Shown in pieces: positions 10,601-16,940 of a stretch of 64,000 nucleotides of DNA (positions are counted from its first letter, which is position 1; the number at the start of each line of letters is the position of its first letter). The stretch comes from Candidatus Zixiibacteriota bacterium. GTDB lineage: Bacteria; Zixibacteria; MSB-5A5; GN15; FEB-12. The notes under the pieces were generated by a model. That model saw only the letters and a program-made list of their open reading frames with translations, was not told the DNA's origin and made no database searches. Both the position numbers and the translations under genes were made by a program. The stretch is taken from positions 459,037-523,036 of the forward strand of contig JACZXB010000001.1 in the NCBI GenBank assembly GCA_022571845.1. The letters run 5' to 3'.

Positions 10601-10931
10601 GCCAGAGCGGTGCCTGTCGGTATCTGATGACTAAAGTGTCAGTAGAGCTAAGTCGGATTTTTGAAAGATCCAGGCTTTGGGTTTGTCTGTTAAATTTATA
10701 ATCTTCGTTTCTGGTGAGTAGTCTGCCGTTTAAGAAAAGCGAGTCAGATTCTGAAAATATCAATCCTGTCATAAAACTATTTGATTGTTCGGTCGCAGCT
10801 GTAACGATTCTTTCAATCTGAGCCGCAAAAGACGAAACTGGTTTTAGAATTGTGCAAAATATTACTAGAGAACATGCTAAATTATTTAACAGATTCCTGA
10901 ATCCGGGGCTGTGGCAAAATCTGAACCGCAT
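7638..10931 (-). CDS. Very large predicted outer-membrane beta-barrel protein, family not recognised
   Basis: The 1097-aa product has a signal peptide ending SSFAAQ, alternating beta-strand-like Y/R/N/S-rich sequence throughout, and a terminal aromatic (..VVAQF). Confidence 0.5.
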   Translation of the reverse strand: MRFRFCHSPGFRNLLNNLACSLVIFCTILKPVSSFAAQIERIVTAATEQSNSFMTGLIFSESDSLFLNGRLLTRNEDYKFNRQTQSLDLSKIRLSSTDTLVIRYRQAPLWLAKSFGQQPPEIQPLLSRAKPESVFNNRSVSSAAKLSDINISGAKTFRFSTQSAGVSEFGQSLDLNIAGDLTENLTISGSISDRGFNPSYGTANSRLEELDKINLRLESRSFLAQIGDIQISRGFRKSQWMNKQLSGVAADLKTGNFSYSAVAGRPKGRFQTETFNGLDGVQGPYQIGASKSASSIVPNSENIWLDGRKLSRGADKDYTMDYASGRITFSVKNQIDSRSRIEIDYEPLLTAYKTELFSAASSYQYGDSVFNFAVEWYREGDSKDQPQTGELSNSDLQLLSAVGDNIENAFRSGVLLDSAGSYLLVTDSLPDSLYQFAGQGNGDYKISFSYVGAGQGDYLFVGGEQYQYAGSGKGEYLPVVKLSAPEQKNYYSASLGLQNRIVGEVQAEINFSRYDKNQFSALDDSDNEGLLANLRSRKTFNWNGQENNLSVTARFKEAAYSSDSRINPADFGRHYLLPKAFKADSDERLIETNATLSPFSFLKLSPSYGRLNYDNNFSANKITVKTDIEFENLLSGSFLIRATKSRLTDGTISAGNSQSYISNLEIPIIRKLKFQARYEHDSRNNDYNVAPQGLKYDRYAATLLNSKEKVTVEYYTEDSLTNGWSQLMTRNRLIGSSGRTIGRLNYNVYLGYQWLSRENAREESFLSRADWRYTNNKKRLSISSSYTLSEETRNARGITYLEVAPGQGKYIFENGRYLPDPDGNFIQTEEILSEKSKVRRGEKSFHLSKSWSFAQIQLNSVVEEELLENGQRTFWWFLPFYSDDAQPYLVYNRRHSSDIRLIQIKSGHVINISLKQRIEIRNIAGVDRIRRDFDGTLSLKQTLKDYFFVEEIKLFRSNRDNYFIGSGDIDGFKSALTLRKLASSNEYALGLSFRKAQSSINEKSEIFSIETKIKIRMMKKGEIRTSLELYAQSLDNVNLAPSYQLTGNKFGSRGILWTAAFNYGIKKDMRINLRLSGRHSDKTTARITGRTEVVAQF

Positions 10932-10937
10932 AGCATT

Positions 10938-11903
10938 CTATTTCGCTTCCCCTTTTACGATTCGACATATCAGGAGCCGGTTGTTGCCGGTGTCGACAAT
11001 CACCAGTCTGTCATTTTCAAGCAGTGCGATATCGGACGGCTGCTTCAGCGACAGATTTGTCCCCGGTAGATTTGGCCCGAATGAAGACAATATTTTGCCA
11101 TTTTTTGATACAGAAAACAGTTTGGAATCTCCGCCATCAAGAACCCAAAGCATATCATCCGCTATGACTATAGAGATTGGATAATTTATCTGATTAAAGG
11201 CGTAGGTCCGGAGGTGCGAGCCGAATTCATCATAGACAACAATCCTGCTGTGTCCGGCGTCACAGACAAAAAAATTACCGGCATCATCTTTGACGATTTT
11301 TTCAGGGCTTAACATCTGCCCTCCGGACGAACCGAAATCACCAATGAATCTGTCAAATTTGCTGATATTATCGAAGACACACACTCTGTTTTTTTCATTG
11401 TCTGCAATCCATATTTCGCCGTACGAAGTAATGCCGATCCCAGAAGGATAACCAAACTTGAACGGGTCTTCTTCATCTTCGAACCTGATTTCATCTACAA
11501 AATTCAGCCGCGCATCAAACCTTGCCACCCGGCGGTTGCCTTCATCAGCTACAAACAAATTTAAGCCGTTGTCCATAACTACAAATGACGGTCGGTTAAA
11601 TAGCTCGGTGCCGTGTCCATAACCCCCGATTTGTTTTTCCGGATTCATCTCTGAATCGAACTTGACAACCCGGTTGTTGCCTCTGTCTACAATAAAGACA
11701 GCACCGTCTCTGCCTATAGTAATTCCTGTAGGTTCTTTAAAAGTCTGGCCCAGAATTAGGCCATTTATCTCCCTTTCTACAAAGAGAAAGATGTTATTAG
11801 AAACCTCAGTTGAACTTGATTCCTCTGCCAAAGCAGCTGTTTTTTTACAAGATGTGAATGACAGGGCAGTTATTAATAAAATGCTTATAGTAGAGCTATA
11901 CAC
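10938..11903 (-). CDS. NHL-repeat beta-propeller lipoprotein
   Basis: A lipobox-like LSFTSC is followed by six repeats of the type AVFIVDRGNNRVVKFD, LFVADEGNRRVARFD, IWIADNEKNRVCVFD and LVIVDTGNNRLLI. Confidence 0.8.
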   Translation of the reverse strand: MYSSTISILLITALSFTSCKKTAALAEESSSTEVSNNIFLFVEREINGLILGQTFKEPTGITIGRDGAVFIVDRGNNRVVKFDSEMNPEKQIGGYGHGTELFNRPSFVVMDNGLNLFVADEGNRRVARFDARLNFVDEIRFEDEEDPFKFGYPSGIGITSYGEIWIADNEKNRVCVFDNISKFDRFIGDFGSSGGQMLSPEKIVKDDAGNFFVCDAGHSRIVVYDEFGSHLRTYAFNQINYPISIVIADDMLWVLDGGDSKLFSVSKNGKILSSFGPNLPGTNLSLKQPSDIALLENDRLVIVDTGNNRLLICRIVKGEAK

Positions 11904-11914
11904 CGCTTGGGTTC

Positions 11915-12724
11915 CTAAAAGCGGGCGACCAGGGCGAAACTGACGGGCTTGTTGTTACTGAACGGATGTATTTCTAATCTGTACTTGATTTTGCCAACCA
12001 GGGAAAAGTCGGCCTCTTTTATTTCGCTGTTGGTCCTTTTTGCATCACGGACTGCATCAATGATAGATACAATTCTGTTAACAACAGCCAATCCAACCAG
12101 GAAATTTGCACGGCGGAACGCCTCGCGACTGCTGTTTTTCAAACGCCGATAATTGGCTCTGTCGTCATCGGACTGCCAGCGCCAGTGGTTTACAGAATTG
12201 TCAACCAGATAGGGCCTGTCCTGATCCTGAACCCGCCCGAGTGAGTTGTACTGGTCAATATCATCGTAGAACCCGACCCAGTCCTGAAACTCCTGGCTCT
12301 TCCCCTCAAGATTTGCATCAGCGTACTCACTCGCGAAACTAATCAGGTCGTCTTCTTTCCAGTTACCGTAAATTCTATAAGACAGAAAACCAATCCAGGC
12401 AGTAGCTTCTACCGCAAAAAACACTCTGGCTTTGTGGCGGTTGCCGACATAGTATTCGCCCAAACCCGGCAGCAGCGCCGAATAAAAGGCTGCTTTAACG
12501 ATTGATATTTTCTCGGTGTTGTCAGATACTCGTTGCGAATTAATTTCATTATCAAATTCATCAAGACTCGCAAATATTTGTTCATTATAAAAACTGTTAA
12601 TGTTGCTTGCCAATTGATCCTGAAGAGGGGTTCTTTTAAGTTCAATTGCCTCTGCTGCTGAAGTTGTTATAACTGACGCCAGAACAGATATCAGAACTAC
12701 TATTATGCTTATCTTAGTCTGCAT
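11915..12724 (-). CDS. Exported protein with a PGLGxYY motif (DUF5683-like), paralog of the upstream gene
   Basis: It has a signal peptide and SALLPGLGEYYVGNRHKARVFFAVEATAWIGFL. It ends ..FALVARF. Confidence 0.45.
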   Translation of the reverse strand: MQTKISIIVVLISVLASVITTSAAEAIELKRTPLQDQLASNINSFYNEQIFASLDEFDNEINSQRVSDNTEKISIVKAAFYSALLPGLGEYYVGNRHKARVFFAVEATAWIGFLSYRIYGNWKEDDLISFASEYADANLEGKSQEFQDWVGFYDDIDQYNSLGRVQDQDRPYLVDNSVNHWRWQSDDDRANYRRLKNSSREAFRRANFLVGLAVVNRIVSIIDAVRDAKRTNSEIKEADFSLVGKIKYRLEIHPFSNNKPVSFALVARF

Positions 12725-12727
12725 AAA

Positions 12728-13642
12728 TTAAAACTTATAGCCTACGCTAAGATAGGGTGTATCTCTCCAGCCATAGGTGGACTTGATGTTGGTTTCGACA
12801 TTTAGCCTTGAGAATTCCGGGTCATAGCTACTACTTTCATTTCTTTTCTTGGTCGAAAGAAATGCTTCTACCGCCGAAATCAAGTGATTTGCAAAAACCA
12901 TCATCAGCATTTTGTTCGCTTTATCAAATTTCTTATTAGCATCATTGCGCATTGTTTCATAGGAGAGCCTGTTGACAGAAGTAGGTACGGTTGAGTCACC
13001 GATAACTGTTGGAGGAAAAGATGCATCCCAGTCTTTGTACTTTAGACTGTCAAGTTCGGCGTCATCCCAACCCCATGAAAACTGGTCATATTTGCCGGTC
13101 ATTTCATAATATTGCTGAGTGCGCGTATCAGGCAGATGATGGCTGGCCTCTGGCGCCTTCACAGAGTCGTCATCCGTGAAGCCATAGGCGTGAAAGAGAT
13201 ATTCTTCGTAAACTGTTTCTGACCAATGGTCACGGTTAAACTTTTCAAATTCGGCAGTTAGATCTGTTCCCTCGGAGTTCCATTTACCACGCATCAGCCA
13301 GGCGAAAGCTTCTACTCCCAAAAACGCCACCGGTTTAATTCTGCTGCCATAGTAATATTGTCCCAATCCCGGTAGAGCCAGTGACAATAGAAATGCCTTT
13401 GAGGGCGATTTGTAGCCGCTCTTTGAAACGTTTCGGGAACTATTGTCATCTGAGTTAAATTCAACCTGGGCATAAAACAAATTCTTGTCATCAGACAGTG
13501 CCAAAGCGTAACTGTATTTAATTTTTTGAAGTTCCTGATCAAAACTATTTTGCTCAGATGGCTTGGCGATAGCACTGGCTGCTGTAATCGGAAGCAAGCA
13601 ACCAATCAAAGACGCGACCAAAATCTGATTTATTCTATTCAT
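12728..13642 (-). CDS. Exported protein with a PGLGxYY motif (DUF5683-like), paralog of the downstream gene
   Basis: It has a signal peptide and SLALPGLGQYYYGSRIKPVAFLGVEAFAWL. It ends ..SVGYKF. Confidence 0.45.
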   Translation of the reverse strand: MNRINQILVASLIGCLLPITAASAIAKPSEQNSFDQELQKIKYSYALALSDDKNLFYAQVEFNSDDNSSRNVSKSGYKSPSKAFLLSLALPGLGQYYYGSRIKPVAFLGVEAFAWLMRGKWNSEGTDLTAEFEKFNRDHWSETVYEEYLFHAYGFTDDDSVKAPEASHHLPDTRTQQYYEMTGKYDQFSWGWDDAELDSLKYKDWDASFPPTVIGDSTVPTSVNRLSYETMRNDANKKFDKANKMLMMVFANHLISAVEAFLSTKKRNESSSYDPEFSRLNVETNIKSTYGWRDTPYLSVGYKF

Positions 13643-13664
13643 TCAACCTCTCATTTACCAGCTG

Positions 13665-16600
13665 TTAGCGCAATACAGCTATATCCGTAAAGGCAGTTTC
13701 TATGGAACCGCCGAAATCTACTTCCATTACACAGCGATAGACACCGGGCGTTACATTGCTACAGTTCCAGATAATTTCATTATCAATTCCGCCGGTCACA
13801 TCGCCGCTCATTACTGCAACTTCGACTCCCGACAAATCAAATATCTTAAACGAGACAGAACTGGCATCCTGCCCCAGATAATACCTGATGGTGGTTTGTC
13901 CATCAAGAACCGGATTAGGATAATTATAATATCTTTCCTTTGGCAAGCTGGCTGACTGCGGCTTTGGCGACGGCAGGATAGTCTGATTGAAAACATAAGT
14001 GCCCTCGGGGTCGCTGCCGCCCATTGGCCAGAAATTTCTGGTGCTGTCTGCAGCGACATCCCAGAGATAGAACCAGCCATCGGCGCCTAAATATCCAAGT
14101 TTTCCAGTCAAACCATTTGAAACATAAACCGGCGAGCCGGCACCTATTTCTCCTGCAGAAAGCGGAAAGCCAAATGATGCCTGTTCAGCAAAAGAATAAA
14201 TATTCCCCGTCAATGTAGGAAAGATAATCTCGGACTGTCCGCCTGCTTCAATATTTGCCATTATCGGCGCTGCTATTACTTCGTCTGTCGGAAATCTATC
14301 CGATGGCTCATATGGAAAATCAGTCAATAATCTTAGTTCGCGGTTAAAGGCGTAGATAGCATTTTGCCCGCCGATTATTATATCCGGGTAGCCGTCGAGA
14401 TCGACATCTCCAACTATCGGGTTTGTTGTAAACCTAAATCCGGTTTGGCTTCTTTCCAGAACTATACCAATTCCTGTCAATAGTCCATCTATGCTTAACA
14501 GTACTCCGTCGCCTTCAGGCGTAAACACAGCCACTTCCATGTCACCGTTTAGGTCAAAATCGGCGACAACCGGACCAAGTGAATAATAGCCGTTCAGAGA
14601 GATTGCTCTTGAAATTACGGTATCGGTATAATACAATTTTGTTTCCTGACCATTGCCGGCTAACAAAAGCAAAGCATTGTTTAATTGGGCGATACCGTGA
14701 TATTCATCGTTAGAGAACATTGCAACGGTTCTTAACCCGCCGGAGAGGAAATCTTTGCGCTGAATTGTGCCGTTATCGGTAAGTATCCAGAGAAATCTCC
14801 CAAACGACAGAGCTATCGGTACTCCCGAAGTTCTGTCAAGACTGGCTTCGGCGATCCCGTTTGTATCTGCATCATCTAACTTGTAAACTCGAACGTAATG
14901 CAGCCCGGTAATGTCCCTGACTCCTATCGCAATGAATTTGTTGGAATCAGCCATTCCAAAATCACCTGTGACCGGACTGGTGGTAATCGTATCTCCAAAA
15001 GTATGTGCATATAGCGGCAGAACGTGCGCCACTCCGGGAGAAACTGAGGAAAAGGCGCTGTCTTCAAATATCGGACAGGTTGTGCAGCCGGTATATTGTC
15101 TCAAAAAGTTTTGTCCGTCGAGCGTTATAACGTTTAGATTTGTGCCTGAGGCTACAATCAATTCCGGTGTGCCGTCGCGGTCAAGGTCATCGACAATCGG
15201 GTTTAAGCCAAAGACCGGGTAGCCTGCTCGTACTGGAAAACCTGCGGAACGACCATCGATTTCCAAATTAGCAGTGATAACTGAGTCGTAGTAGATTAAA
15301 CCCTGCGCTGTTGTTGCTGAATCGCGACTTATTTCTGTAAGCCGCACACGGCTGTTATTGCCGGAATTATCTATCGACGGCGGATTCGTGTTGGGAGTAA
15401 AAGAATTGTTACGGTCATCGCGGTACATATCTTCCTCGCGCCCATAGCCTGCCTGGTAATAGCCGCCAAAATTTACAATGCCGTCGGCCTCGACCAATCT
15501 GATAAATCTTCTATTCGGATCACGCTGAAGGTCGTTGTCATCAAAATTATTCTGGCCGTCATTATCATAGTCAAGGGCGGCGACACCTTCATCGATATGG
15601 AATATCAATAGACCTGAGCCGGGCATCAGATTGTCGTACTCGCCGGTAAAATTTTTCTGCAAATCAACCGGGTATTGAAAAACCGAAGTCGCCGAGTCTG
15701 CCAGGAGAGCCGTTTCTTTACCGTCGGTGTCGACCAGTCTGTTTTCTAGTAAATAGTATTCGTTTTCAGAGATTGGAATGCGGGCGATCTTGATTCCATT
15801 TGAGATTACTTCGGCTGCGACTATTCTTAAATCGGCATTCTGCCTGTAATCGACAACTTCGACAAACCCAAGATGCGCGCGAGACCAGGCCATAGGATAT
15901 AATGGAATAGCGCCAAAAATCTGGCCGACCGTGAATCCAAAATCAAGACCTGTTCCAAAACCGTTGTTATCCATAAGCGCAAAGTCACCAAGCTGAGTCA
16001 GGAAGTTCCCGGTATTATACAAATCTACTAAACCGAGTTGATGACCGAACTCGTGGGCGATTACGGCGTTTAGCGCCGTACCGCGGTTATCCTGACTGGC
16101 TGTTTCGGGCAGCATCAAGGCATTTTGAACAAAAGCTGTGTTATTGTCAACCGGTATGGTTGAACCAAACGAAATGAAGCCGGTAAACAGGTCGCTGCAT
16201 GTCTCAGGAAAGCCAATATCGTTCTGGCGGTCAGAGCCGGCATGAAACAAAAATACTGATTGGTAGTTGGAGAACACTATCTCCGGGCTAACCGTATCGG
16301 CCAGTTGAATGCAATCTATAAAATAATTCTCCAGTCCGGTTATGACCGAATCAAAATCGCATCTGCCGTAATAATTCATGGGCTGCGGCAAGGTATAGAG
16401 GCTGTCTTTGGCAGGCGGGAAAATATCCCAGGAGAGAGTAAGTTTCCCTTCGGAAACCGTTTCATAATATTTCCGAAGCGCTCTTAGATGGGCATCAAAA
16501 TATAAAGAATCACGAGGCGGCGGGTCTGCCAGATGACCGACCATGTCATAATATGCTACCGAGTCAGCCGCATTTTCAAACGGGTCATCCAGAATCATCC

Positions 16601-16919
16601 TGCCTCTTCCGGTAGTGTTGGGATCATCGATGGTTTCGTACTGAAAATTGAACCTGAGCACCAGGATGTTAATAGTTTGCAGAAAATCTGCAGCCAGGGC
16701 TTGTTCGGGCAATGACCATTTGTCCTTTCGTTTCAGCCCAAGGTCTATAATATATTCTACGTCGGGCGTCAGGCACTGCTGGCGAACCTTGTTTTCTCCA
16801 GATACCTCAACCTTTTCTTTTCTAAACTGCAAAACTTTCCCGGTGTCCGAGCTTGAAGCTGCGGCACACAGAGAAAGTACTACAACAAATGCTATGCTAA
16901 TCGTTGGTCGTCTGATAAT
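13665..16919 (-). CDS. M6 (immune inhibitor A-like) metalloprotease with FG-GAP/VCBS-like repeats and a T9SS-type C-terminal sorting domain
   Basis: The zinc motif AHEFGHQLGLVDLY is encoded at 16041-16055 for HEFGH. Repeats include DLDRDGTPELIV and DVDLDGYPDIIIGG. The CTD reads YNYPNPV..GVYRCVMEV..DIAVLR. I extended the start to ATT 16919 to include the signal peptide (see findings). The track ORF starts at TTG 16832. Confidence 0.8.
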   Translation of the reverse strand: MIRRPTISIAFVVVLSLCAAASSSDTGKVLQFRKEKVEVSGENKVRQQCLTPDVEYIIDLGLKRKDKWSLPEQALAADFLQTINILVLRFNFQYETIDDPNTTGRGRMILDDPFENAADSVAYYDMVGHLADPPPRDSLYFDAHLRALRKYYETVSEGKLTLSWDIFPPAKDSLYTLPQPMNYYGRCDFDSVITGLENYFIDCIQLADTVSPEIVFSNYQSVFLFHAGSDRQNDIGFPETCSDLFTGFISFGSTIPVDNNTAFVQNALMLPETASQDNRGTALNAVIAHEFGHQLGLVDLYNTGNFLTQLGDFALMDNNGFGTGLDFGFTVGQIFGAIPLYPMAWSRAHLGFVEVVDYRQNADLRIVAAEVISNGIKIARIPISENEYYLLENRLVDTDGKETALLADSATSVFQYPVDLQKNFTGEYDNLMPGSGLLIFHIDEGVAALDYDNDGQNNFDDNDLQRDPNRRFIRLVEADGIVNFGGYYQAGYGREEDMYRDDRNNSFTPNTNPPSIDNSGNNSRVRLTEISRDSATTAQGLIYYDSVITANLEIDGRSAGFPVRAGYPVFGLNPIVDDLDRDGTPELIVASGTNLNVITLDGQNFLRQYTGCTTCPIFEDSAFSSVSPGVAHVLPLYAHTFGDTITTSPVTGDFGMADSNKFIAIGVRDITGLHYVRVYKLDDADTNGIAEASLDRTSGVPIALSFGRFLWILTDNGTIQRKDFLSGGLRTVAMFSNDEYHGIAQLNNALLLLAGNGQETKLYYTDTVISRAISLNGYYSLGPVVADFDLNGDMEVAVFTPEGDGVLLSIDGLLTGIGIVLERSQTGFRFTTNPIVGDVDLDGYPDIIIGGQNAIYAFNRELRLLTDFPYEPSDRFPTDEVIAAPIMANIEAGGQSEIIFPTLTGNIYSFAEQASFGFPLSAGEIGAGSPVYVSNGLTGKLGYLGADGWFYLWDVAADSTRNFWPMGGSDPEGTYVFNQTILPSPKPQSASLPKERYYNYPNPVLDGQTTIRYYLGQDASSVSFKIFDLSGVEVAVMSGDVTGGIDNEIIWNCSNVTPGVYRCVMEVDFGGSIETAFTDIAVLR

Positions 16920-16940
16920 TCACGCCTCGGTCAACAATTT

